Assembly (NCBI RefSeq): GCF_003918875.1 | Contig: NW_025765431.1 | Coordinates: forward strand, 62,001 to 126,000 | Direction: 5' to 3' | Length of the DNA: 64,000 bases | Source: Haliotis rubra | Lineage: Eukaryota | Shown: piece after piece, positions 11,678-23,630 of the stretch | Numbering within the stretch: the first letter of the stretch is position 1 | Layout: every line of letters starts with the position of its first letter | Program-made: the position numbers and the translations under genes | The notes under the pieces: model-generated | What the model saw: only the letters and a program-made list of their open reading frames with translations | What the model was told of the DNA's origin: nothing | The model's database searches: none

Positions 11678-13940
11678 CACCCCCATTCCACAGAGATTTC
11701 TGGCTCATCGGCCACTCATCGGAAGCCACCGGTGACCCACCGAAGAGTGTCGAATCACAGTCCGAGATATCCGATTTGTGTTTGTCAACCATCAGGTCAG
11801 TGTCCGACGTGTCGGGCGTCATCCGATGAGGCGAAATCGTCCGATTGTCGGACGCTATTTCCGGTCCCAAATCGAGTCAGTGTCGGATGAATGTCGAGTC
11901 AGTCGGATGTATGTCAGATTCGTGTTCTGCAACTATCGGATGTGCCTAGCCAACGTCTGATGGCTATCTGATCCATGTCCGACGATTAACAGTCATCGGA
12001 CGCTCATCTGATTGCAATCTGCAGTCTGCCCGACGCGCCTGATAGTCGCCCATCAACAATTCGACTCTCCTTGGAGGGTAATATGACTGACTGACTGACT
12101 GAGTTTGGTTTTACGCGGCTTTCAGCAATATTCCAGCAACATCACGGCGGGGGACACCAGACATGGGCTTCACACCTTGTGCCCATGTGGGGATTCGAAC
12201 CCGGGTCTTCGGCGTGACGAGCCAACGCTTTAACCATTAGGCTACCCCACCGCCCCGGGTAACATGATATTTAGCACCTTCCGATTGCTATCCGTTGTGA
12301 CATCGGGGGTAATCGCTCTTTAACTCAACTGCCATCCGACACTTATCGCATATCAAGCGGTGACATCTGACGGCCAATGGACTACAAAAGGACGGTCAGC
12401 CGACATTCACATCGCAGAGTTTCATCGGACACTTACAGCACCAAGATCCTGAAGATGGGTCCAAGAAAGAACAGAAATGTTCGCGGACAGAAGGCAAAGA
12501 ACCAACCTCCCATTCTCCAGGTATGATGTTGTGGTTGGCATCCTCTGTATGCAGCTGACCATGGTGCATGGCTGGGTGCCGGATTTGGATCAGGTTGTGG
12601 AGGCAGACACAGGTTTCTATGATATTACGCAACGTTAAGTCGTTGCTGTAATGTTCCTAGGAGACTCTGGAATCTGGCTGCCATTATTCCGAAAGCATTC
12701 TTGATGACTCTTCGGGCTCTACTAATGCTCTGTAAGAGTCAAGTTCTTTCTAGAGTATGGCTTCATCATGTGGGTTTGCAGAACAAAGGCGTCATCCCCG
12801 ATCATGAAGTATGGCATGTTCTGGTTGTCCTTGGCCATTGGCTCAGATGGGAAAATCCTATTTGCCCACTATCCACTGTCTCTTTTGAGCTCAGATGCAT
12901 TGTATATCTGTGGTCCAGACATGTGTCCTTGACCACCGGTGTCTATCCACAAGAACCATTAGTTCGCATCAACAAGTGCCACGAGGACCACTGAGAAGAA
13001 ATGTATGGTAGAGACTGCCTGAGTTCTTCAGTATCCTGAGTGCCACGTGCTTGCCATCAAGTGCCCCCATTACATGTGGGACGTTCCAACGCCTCTCGTA
13101 TTCTTCAGCAATTGCATGCCATTCTTGCAATTGACAGACTTCGTGGATAAACTTGCAAATGGTTTCTCGAGCAACCCTGAAGCTGTATGACAGTGGTGGA
13201 TACCGGTCGCCATCTGCAAGGTGCCTTAGGGTGCAGGCTATCTTGCGACCAGGTTCAAGGGTTCTCCTGGCATTGGTATCACCCTTCGTGAGTCTTGGTG
13301 CGAGTCTCTGGAGTAGTTCATCAAAAGATTCTGGCGTAACTCTCAAGAAATTAAAAAGGCCGTTGGATCCTCCATTCTCAGTTCATTCATGAGTCTGGTG
13401 TAGTGCCTTCTTCTCAGCCTCCTCCTCAGGACCTCAAGGGTCATTGCATCTTGTTGCATAGTTTGTTGCTGCAGCATAAAAACAAAGTCCAGGGCTGCAG
13501 CGTTGCGAGGAAGTTGATCCATGACTAGAACCGTCAGGAGGTGCAGCCCGCTTTTATACTCGACTGCTGATTTTGGCGACAAATCCGACCAGTATTGGGT
13601 CAGTGTCCGAATACCCCACGAATAGTAACCGATTTGTTGGATTGGTGTCGGGATAGTGTTGGAAGTGTCAGATTAGTATCAGGTCACCCTCGAATTATAA
13701 TCCGACCGTAGTCGGATGCCGCCCATGAATATGGCGGACAGACATCAGGCCGCTACCAGTCTTTCATCCGATTAACCCGATCAATGTTGGATCTCCATCG
13801 GATGTTACGGAAAAAGGGGAACCCAAAACAAAGGATGTCTGGTGAATTCTCACCGGAACTCATCGGAACGCAGAAATTTTCGCAAAATTGGGATCAGATG
13901 GACTTCTGATGAGGTTCCGACGGTCATTGGAATGGGGGTG
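11678..13940 (-). mobile_element. PIF/Harbinger DNA transposon with a decayed transposase, in intron 2 of three-finger gene 2
   Basis: Perfect 13-bp TIR CACCCCCATTCCA/TGGAATGGGGGTG, TAA target duplication, many subterminal TCCGA/TCGGA motifs. Confidence 0.92.
12500..13522 (-). pseudogene. HARBI1-type DDE transposase remnant
   Basis: Fragments TLRHLADG, GALDGKHV, IGDDAF, KPYS, NAFG and LHNL in different frames, separated by stops, frameshifts and deletions. Confidence 0.88.
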
Positions 13941-13966
13941 TAACCGTAAAATAACTGTGACCTTAC

Positions 13967-14104
13967 CTGTGTTGTCGCGAGCGAAAGACACGTAGGTAGA
14001 ACAATGCTCAATGTGAGCCGGACAATTAATCAGGAGCAGACCTGTCCCAGCAGTGCAGCTGGGCTTCGTGAGGGACACACATCGATAACACCATATGCCA
14101 TCAA
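13967..14104 (-). CDS. Three-finger protein gene 2, exon 2
   Basis: Acceptor caacag|TT, donor ACAG|gtaagg. Encodes (V)DGIWCYRCVSLTKPSCTAGTGLLLINCPAHIEHCSTYVSFARDNT; 138 bp. Confidence 0.85.
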
Positions 14105-14581
14105 CTGTTGAGAAGAGATGTGAATTCATATGTCTCATAACGCCGATACTACAATGCTACTCTGGAAACCATACATGCGCATATGTAAGTTCTAAAATGA
14201 CGAGGAACCAAACTTGTTAACCCTACCCCGTGTTAATTACCTCTTATGACAATTCTTCTACAGACCAATAATTATTCTAACCCGGATCTTCATACGATGA
14301 AAGTGTAGTCATACATACACACATACACGAATATGTTTCTTCAGATAATGAATAAAGGGTGCAGTTTTTAAGACCAGTCTATAATCTAGGTATATTCTAT
14401 TAATAGATGCGTAGCTTTTATCCCATGCCCATATTAAGACTGAAAGAAACTGGAATAATTTAATCATATCAAGAAAATGAAAAACAAAAGTTAGCAACTA
14501 TACATTCTTGAGTTTAGTCACATGAAGAAAATTATAATAAAATTTAACAACAATACATTCTTGATTTGTTTGATGACATAC

Positions 14582-14636
14582 CTTCACCGAGACATCCGAT
14601 CGTCAGAACAACCAGAAGAAGAATTCTGGACTCCAT
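14582..14636 (-). CDS. Three-finger protein gene 2, exon 1 (signal peptide MESRILLLVVLTIGCLGE)
   Basis: ATG at 14636, hydrophobic leader, phase-1 donor GAAG|gtatgt. Spliced CDS 55+138+176=369 nt (122 aa), 10 Cys in the mature domain. Confidence 0.8.
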
Positions 14637-15559
14637 CGTCGCATGAACAGAAAACTGCAACAGAAAAATACTCTGACATCAGGTTAGTGCCTTTATGTTA
14701 TGGGCTTGCATTTGTTCGACAGTCTAACGTAAACGGTCACTAGAGGTTACCCCCGGATGGTCCCGGACTCATCTCACATCCTGCATGAATTGATACAAAA
14801 TTACAGGATGCTTCGGCTTAAATAGAATCCCTGATGAGACGGTATCCCTGTTAGATACAATACAAAGTATCTTTCGTAATTAGAATAAATGCAAGAACCT
14901 ATAATTTGTTTTGAAAAGCGTTTGTTACTTCGTACTTTTTCATGACCAAATCGTGCAGGTTCCTTCACAACACTCTTGTGACTGTAGATGTCAATTACCG
15001 AGAGTGGCGAACTCAATATGTATATTTCTGTGCTGCATGGAAAGTGAAAAACAGCTCATACTGCTTGTCTGAGAGCACGCATTAAAACGGACGAAATAAC
15101 AATAATGTGTAATTTATTTACACTATATTCATCTCACATTTCTAAATTTCATGTAATCCACATATTTGTGTGATCTTGATAACATAATTTAAATGATGTA
15201 ATAAATTAAGCGAATATAGGTATCTTGTAATTCTGTTTCTTATACTGGTTCCCTGGAAAGACTATTTTTTCCAACCGCAACTGTGGTCATTGAATAATAA
15301 TCCCAATAACGAGTTACTTGAGAAGTGTGTTGATCATGCTTGTCAGTTCATGGTCGTTTATATAAGGATATTGCTACTCTTAAAACAGAGAGACATAGGG
15401 AAAATAATTAGATTGTTGGTTTGGTATTTTGATGACACAATAGTAACAAATGCAATGTCTATTTTTTATTGAATGATATTATTCTGCCATTCTAAACATC
15501 GCCACACGGCGTCTTGAAGCTGCAGTTGACCAGAACATAACATCCCGTTTATGGGACTG

Positions 15560-15666
15560 GGTGCCGTTGTTCAAAACAACCTTAGCGCTAAGGCTACCTT
15601 AAGTCAGTGTTAAGGTATGGGAGTTACGGTCACCTTAGTGCTAAGATCGCTTTGTACAACGGCACC
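15560..15666. mobile_element. Palindromic Harbinger-type MITE
   Basis: TIR GGTGCCGTTGT/ACAACGGCACC, internal CTTAGCGCTAAG and CTTAGTGCTAAG, CTG flanks. Confidence 0.7.
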
Positions 15667-18600
15667 CTGGTATACACGCTTCAACTCATCAAATAATCCG
15701 GTTGCTTTAGTGCAATTACACATACCTTTGAGCAACCCATTGTGCAAAATAGCAGTGACTAAGCAAACAAAGTATTATCGGTTAATCCTTTGAAATGTGA
15801 TTGCGTTGTGGCTAAACTGACCATTGCTGCCATGTGCATGTTACACGTCATGTAGTACATTCATCACATCATGTTTCAAGTAATAAATCAGTCATAAAAT
15901 GAATAATTACCCTAGATATGCCAAATGGGAACCTTTGTCAGGCAATCCGGCTGGTGCTTCCACTAATTATACCACAGTGATGGATTCATAAACAGAGCAT
16001 CAAGTTAGTGACGACAAATACACAGGTGTAGGAAGATACTATGAAACATGGACTCCAACGAGGTAGTAGTACCTGTTGTAGTTTGTTTCAATTTAGTTGT
16101 GAGTTTGAAACATCAAGACGTGCCACGTATTATTGACGGGGTTGCATATGATATACCTGGTCCAGAGTCTGAATGGAACAGCCTCATCCTCTGACAGTGT
16201 AACCAAACTCTCCCAAAGGTTTACCTAACTCATTCGCGCCCACCATTGAAGATCCGGGTTAGAATTTGTCTTCAGCAACCCATGCTTGTCGTAGGAGCCG
16301 ACTAACGGAATCGGGTGGTCAGGCTCGCTGACTTTGTTGACACATGTTATCGTATCCCAATTGCGTAGATCGATGCTCATGCTGTTGATCACTGGATCAT
16401 ACATGATCACTGGATCATACATGGTTGGCACACATCTCAATTGCGTAGATCGATGCTCATGTTGTTGATCACTGGATCATACATGGTTGGCACACATCTC
16501 CATTGCGTAGATCGATGCTCATGTTGTTGATCACTGGATTGTCTAGCCAAGACTCGATTATTTACAGACCGCCCCTATATAGCTGCAAAATTGCTGAGTG
16601 CTGCGTTAAACAACAAACAAACAACTTTAACCTTCCCCAACAAACATCCTGGAGCCCCATTTCACTCTGGCATCCATATTGGGTGTTTGGTGTTCATTAT
16701 AATCAAGAAACTCGACACGGCACGTCAGATAAATGATACTGAACCATGTTCTGGACACATGACCCATGTCATCTCCTATAACTAGATAGAGTTACCATAG
16801 ATATCAGTTCAGCCAACAGAACCTGGGACTCAACGGTATAAGGTAAAGTACTGTGTTTCTACTTTCCATAGAAACTGACCTTCCCTGTGTATGAGTTCAG
16901 TTGCTTGAGTGTGCAAATACTGTTCATCCCTGTGAGATATGGTCCCAGAAGCTGGAGGATTAGCTCACGGGCCTAGCTCACCCATTGAGGTGGACAGTCA
17001 ACTTGCCACCTTCAAGACCAGACTTCAAGCTGGTGATTTGTCTGTGACTGAGTACACATATAGTGTATCCCATCTCACTGGGTACTAATGTGTGTGGTGT
17101 ATGAACTGATGTGTATATAAGATGATGTATATAAGATGAAGTTAAGATTATGTATATAAGAGTATTTAAGATGAGTGAGTGAGTTTAGTTTTACGCCGCA
17201 CTGAGCAATATTCCATCTATATGGCAGTGGTCTGTAAATAATCGAGTCTGGACCAGACAATCCAGTGATTGCATCGATCATGACCATGAACATCGATCTG
17301 CGCAAATGGGAACCGATGACATGTGTCAACCAAGTCAGCGAGCCTGACCTCCCGATCCCGTTAGTCGCCTAATACAACAAGCATGGGTTACTGAAAGCTC
17401 ATTCTAACCCGGACCTTAACTGGTCTGTTTAAGAAGAGAGTATTTAAGATGTATTTAAGATGATGTATATAAGATGAATATAATATGTATATGTATATAA
17501 TATGAATATAAGGCAATGTAAATTATTAATATGTGTCATGTAAAAATAAAAGTGTTCGATCAATATTCTGTCACAGTCATACCTTAAATTAAAAGGTTTC
17601 AAAGTTTACAGGATCATACAACACAGTGACTAAATATCACAGGTGACCAAATATCATAGGGAACAAAATATAAAGCGCACCTTTTGTTGTAGGGGATTAT
17701 GTCGCTCAAGTGAACTGGGACCCTAAAACAAAAGGTGCTGGGTAAGTGAGAATGACCCGTGGTGTATTAGCCTTCATAGAGTGAGGGACAAACTTTGCAG
17801 TTTGGACAACATTCATCGAATGTCTGATAGTTCAGATGAATATTCACCAAGAAAAACTCTTATTTCGAAGCACTGAGAGAAAACCGATGGCTTCAGGAGA
17901 AAAGCCTACATTGTTCCGGAAACTGCTCTAGGACAGTAAATTATTCAATATCCAATGCAGTGTCAATGTATGCTAAACAATGAGAAATTAACCAATAAGC
18001 TATGCACCTGTGTTAGGTTATATAAATATATTAAGTGTTGTGAGTGAGTTTAGTTTTACGCCGCATTCAGCAATATTCCAGTCTGTAAATAATCGAGTCT
18101 AGACCAGACAAGCCAGTGATCAACAACATAAGCATCAATCTACTCAATTGGGATACATATAATTGAAGAACATAAAAATTGGGTGTACTCAATTATCTAA
18201 TTCCATTCAACATATGTGTACAATGACTGAAGACAACTTGTGATGTGCCATGCAGTGACTTGACTCGAATATTGCAATAGCTGGCGTGAAACAATATTCC
18301 CTCGCGGTGCTTCGTTTGAACGTGATCAATTAACACGCATCGGTTGTATATTAGGCGCGCCGTCAGACATTTGACAAATATTCGTATTACATGACCGTTT
18401 CTTGATACCCAACTATCTTTCAACACCTACTGCTGGACAGTTTCTACACACATTTAACAAACCAAACTTCTTTCAGAAACGGATAAGAATACCTGTTGTT
18501 TTGGTAAAATAAATATTGAGAATATTGATACACATGTACTTACATGCCCGACGCTCAGCCTGTTCCTCAACAATATTTAGAATGTGAAATGAAGCCACTG

Positions 18601-20613
18601 ACACGGATTGTAATGATTTGATTGAGGAGAGGATGTGACGATGGTAGTTATTAACGCCGATGACAGCTCATTAACAATAACCTCACCTTTTCTGGCGTCG
18701 AATTTATTTCACGCTGTGTTTCACTTGGCGTTAACGAATTAAAGGTCTGCACTGCCTTGTAGTCATCTTTTGATTAGATCATGGGAGGATGCAACCCTTT
18801 TTATTGTTATGATGAGTTAATGAGGAAGTAGTGCTTTCACAGCGCAAGAAATATCTGACGATTATTATCTAGATCCTTCAAATGTGCAAGTGTTAACGTT
18901 AATCAACACTTGCCTATTCCAACAATAAACCGTTTTGTAGAGTTGCATCCCTTAGGCGTGCCAGGAACTTGTGGCCGTGGGTTCGAATACCTGATTAGCC
19001 CTTTTCATGCATATCGCATCATCATATCCTCGATACTGGTCAAAGCAGCATTAAACATATGTCACGTGCCTATTAACTTACACAGCATTATTACAAGGAG
19101 AGGTTGTATCCTGTTCATCAGTATGTTGTATGTGTAAGACAGAAGACCTAGGCTTCGTTTCACAAACACGTATGTGTCTATGTGTCTGTCTATGTGGTTA
19201 ACGAGTTTGAATTCGTTTCTCTGACTTGTACGGATACTGGTAAAAGCGGTGTAAAATCATTATCATCTGTTTCTTTGACCTTCAACTCGACATGAATGTT
19301 TGCGGAAATGTGAGCATATCAGATGACGGCTTACTAAACTGATTTGGATTCATAAGTGGATGTATGCAACACCCCAAAAAGGGTAATGCCACTGCTTCAT
19401 ATGCACGTCTGAATTTTAAAGACCAAATCTAAACAAAAGTAATTAGTTATGTACATCAGATGATCACATAGTTCACCTGGTGCGACATTCTGAGGAGTCG
19501 TATTCATAATTTCACTCCGGGAGGTGAGTGAGCGAGTGAGTTTAGTTTTACGCCACACTCAGCAATATTCCAGCTATATGTACATAATCGAATCTGGACC
19601 AGACGATCCAGTGAGAAACATCATGAACATCGATCTAAGCAATTGTGATACGATGACATGTGTCAAACATACCTAGGCATTGTTAAATCATTTTCTATTC
19701 AAACAAAGTGAGCGAGCCTGTACACCCGATCCCGTTAGTCGCCTCATACGACAAGCATGGGCACGTATGAATTGGCATGTCTAACAACAACATACATGTA
19801 TACACGTATACACTGAACCCCATTGACATTCAAAACACGTATGAATGCATAGTTGTCAGAGAGGCGTCCTACATTGCTGCATGTATACGTTATCCTGTGA
19901 ACAATTGTCGGACACACGTAACTTAAAACACAAAACACAAAGAAACATAAAACACAATTTATCAACAGAGCAATATTGGAATATTGTTCAACATATATAT
20001 ACAAAGGATACGATGACATGTGTCAACCAAGTCAGCGATCCTGACCGCCCGATACCGGTAGAAGCTTCTTACGACAAGCATGGGTTACTAAAGATCAGTT
20101 GTAACCCGGATTGTTCACGGGTCTTGGAGGTATTGTATGAGAGTAAAATGTCTTATTTGAATAAAATTGCCGTACGAAGTGCTTAATTAACCCGGGTGAT
20201 AAGTTACGGTACTTGGTCGATTCCGTGTGATGGCACCCCGACAGCGTTGGGCGTCATATTATCGGTCACTAGTTTGCCAGTTACAGACATGATTATGTGC
20301 AGGGATATGCAGAAATACGATGACTGGAACAACAAAATCAGTACGAATAGTCAACCAAACGCCCACACTTATAGCAAGTAGGAACATGCCGAGTGTTGGG
20401 CGTGTGTAAACGTATCCATAAATAGCCCATACTCAGCTATCCATATTCCCGTACAAACAAAACAATTTGAGGAGTAGGGTTGGGGATTGTTAACAGTGCC
20501 TTATGTAATGAAAAAGACGCAGTGGGACCACAGAGTAAATAAACGGGCATCTTTCCTTTCCGCTGTCAACATGAAACTTTATTAGATACTGTCTCAGTTT
20601 CAGCTGAAGGGAG

Positions 20614-20638
20614 ACCGGAAGTGAGGTCGTCACGTGAC
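20614..20638 (+). promoter_or_regulatory. ETS motif (ACCGGAAGTG) and palindromic E-box GTCACGTGAC directly upstream of the SDR start codon
   Basis: Exact consensus motifs at 20614-20623 and 20629-20638; function not shown. Confidence 0.4.
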
Positions 20639-20758
20639 ATGTTCTACATTGGTTGTATCGTGATCGCCGTATTCCTCCTCTACACCATTAGACGGAAAAA
20701 CTGGCCCAGCAAGTGTCGCCACTTGGGAAATATGTTCTGATAACAGGATGTGACTCGG
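20639..20758 (+). CDS. SDR9C-type short-chain dehydrogenase (RDH/17beta-HSD6/BDH1-like), exon 1, with an apparent 1-nt deletion in the A5 run at 20696-20700
   Basis: MFYIGCIVIAVFLLYTIRRK membrane anchor, then in a shifted frame LAQQVSPLGKYVLITGCDS. Donor G|gtgaga splits the TGxxxGxG motif. Confidence 0.75.
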
Positions 20759-23630
20759 GTGAGAGCTTAAGTTTCCTTTTCATGTGTACAATCTGTGTCA
20801 AAATTAAGTGGCACTTAATTGCGATTGTCCTTCAGCTATTAGAACAACGCGTTTGTTTACAGCGTTTGATAATGTCACATAAAGACTTGTGGATGAAATT
20901 TCAAGTTGGCAAATCCCGTTTCATTTCATTTTATGGTTTCATTCTACGCCATACAATGTATTTAGTTTCAAAGTGCGACTGATATCATTTTTCGCATCAG
21001 TCGTGTGTGTTGTTATATTTAAGTTGTCAGAAAGTATGTAAATACATTCATCATAAAGAAGCAGTTGTGCTGGGCTGTAGTCCTGTGCATAGAGCTCAGG
21101 TCACAAATCAGTTGAAGTCAAGCAACATTGGGCACGGAGAGTCCTTGGGTGGGTGGCCGTGTGTGACAGCTTGACTCCTGAGAGTTCATAGGACTTCATT
21201 CCTGCCCCACAACGAAGCACATGTGATACATGTGTTCTGACCACAGACAAGTGAATTTGTTCAAAATTGCCTCTGTTCACCCAGCAGAAAATGGGTACCC
21301 GGTGACTGTTACGAGACTGTTAACCTTCTAGCGCCTCACAAGCAGCTTGGGTTATCCGGGTTTATAATGATCAGATGGTATCTTAGCGCTTTGAGCATGC
21401 CCCTCTGTGGTGCGGAATTCAGCGCATTACAAATGTCCTTATTATCTCATACGTGGGATTTCCATACATGCCAAAAGAATCTACGATTACCTGGCCCGTG
21501 TTGTCGTCGGATTTGCGTCCCTTTGGCATGCCAGGAACCTATAACTGTATTTCGAACCCAGAGTTTGCGCCATACCATCGCTCGTGGGTTCTGATAAAGC
21601 ATTAAGACGTACATCGCGTCAGCAATGGTCATGATGTCCTCCTTCGCCAAGCCGACACGCCGTGATATAACTGGAATATTGATCAATGTGGCGTCGAACA
21701 CTCACTCACTCACTAGTACTCATGCTCATATTGTGAGACACAATACTATATACTGTGATACTGCAAATATACTGTAATGTATGGTATTTGCTTCAGGGAA
21801 CGGCAGTTACAGATGTCGGTTTTGGCTTTGGGATGTCGTTTAACGCCGCACCATTCTAGTTATATGGCGGCAGTCTGTAAATAATCGAGTCTGGACTAGA
21901 CAATCCAGTGATCAACATCATGATCATCGATCTACGCAATTGTGATACTATGAAATGTGTCAACCAAGTCAGCGAGGATGAGAACATGATCCCGTTAGTC
22001 ACCTCTTACGACAATCATGGGTTACTGAAGACCAATTCTACCCCGGATCTTCACGGGTCTTTCAGTGGCAGAAGCATCACGCGGATTATTATAGTGAATA
22101 TATAGTGTTGCGTTACGTTAAATATATGCATAACAAATACACATTCCCCGGGGTATAATAATACTACAACCAATTAACATTACCGACATTTTTCAATCTC
22201 CTTTTGCAAAATATAGGCTATATAACAAATTGAAAATTCGGTTCAGCTGAGTTAAACTTGAGCTTATCAGTATTTTTAACTGACTCGTAAGCAACGTGCA
22301 ACCTGTTTTCTTCGTGGCCGCCTACAAGGGATTTTTTCTCATGCTCAGAAATTTATTTCTCTCCAAGGCGTGAAAGCTATTGTTTTCGAATCACAAGATC
22401 ACGTACCTGCACCAAGCAGATCTCAACATTCTGAGGAAAGCCATTACCCCTAAACGGGTGTTTTGTACATGTTGCATAACTGCAATAACTGCATCATAGC
22501 CACAGAATAAGTACACTTTAATGGTAATAGAAGAACATTTGTAGTATTCCTTCAGTTACATTCCTTCCCCTGTAGAAAGTAGGAAGTAGGAAACAGATAG
22601 CATCAAAACCAGACATTTTACAGCAGATATAATATACAAAATCTCACTGTAATCTAAAAATAGCTAATAATTGAAAGCGCTAATATATTATAAACATAAC
22701 TGTAGATTCTATGGATTGTGAATATATTTATAATGTAATATATATATATATATATATTAATAATGAAACAATTTTCTACAAAATGTCTCCATCCAACAAA
22801 ATCACTTTCTGTTATCTGGGCGGTAGGGTATAATGTTGGTTAAAGTGTTCGCTTGTCCCGAGGGGCCATGCTCCATTTCGTGCATAGGTAACATATGATA
22901 TTATTGGAATATTGCTAAAAGCAGCGTGAAACCATTTTCACATCTCCCAAAGGTCCTTCATGCATTTTCAAATTCTTTATCTTATTAATTTAAACTGCCC
23001 CCTAAAAACTCATTACTGGTGTAGGCACATCATGTTGGTATCACTGGGTAGAAGAGACCCATTGTCGTAAGAGGACATTAAGACGGGTAGTTCGGCTCGG
23101 TGACTTGCCTGATGACCTGGGAGCTGTGGGGTAGCCTAGTGGTAAAGGCGTTCCCTCGTCTCCCCGAAACCCGGGTTCGATTCCTCTTATGGGCACAACG
23201 TGTGAAGCCTATTTCTAGTGTCCCCCGCCGTGATATTGCTGGAATATTGCTAAAAGCGGCGTAAAACTAAACTCACTCACTAACCTGAGAGACCGAGATG
23301 TTGCTTATAATATGATTGGTCTGTCTGGATTCAATCACTTGCGGCGTCAAACATTATTCACTCAGTCGCTCTTAAGACCCCCATAAACACACGAGAGTTG
23401 TTATAAGTATGATTAGTTACTACACCTTTATCCTAAGGTGGGGCGAAGGTTATTTTGTTAATCCATATGAATGTGTAGGATGTGATAGTCGTTACGTGCA
23501 AAGGGGGCATTTGGAAATAAAAGTCGTGTCCTAGAGATCGCTGTAACGGTTGGCTGTTTAACGAATTTGGAATACGTTATCAGAACAAAACACACCATTC
23601 AAAGTACCTCCCCCTTTTTGTCAAGCAGAA

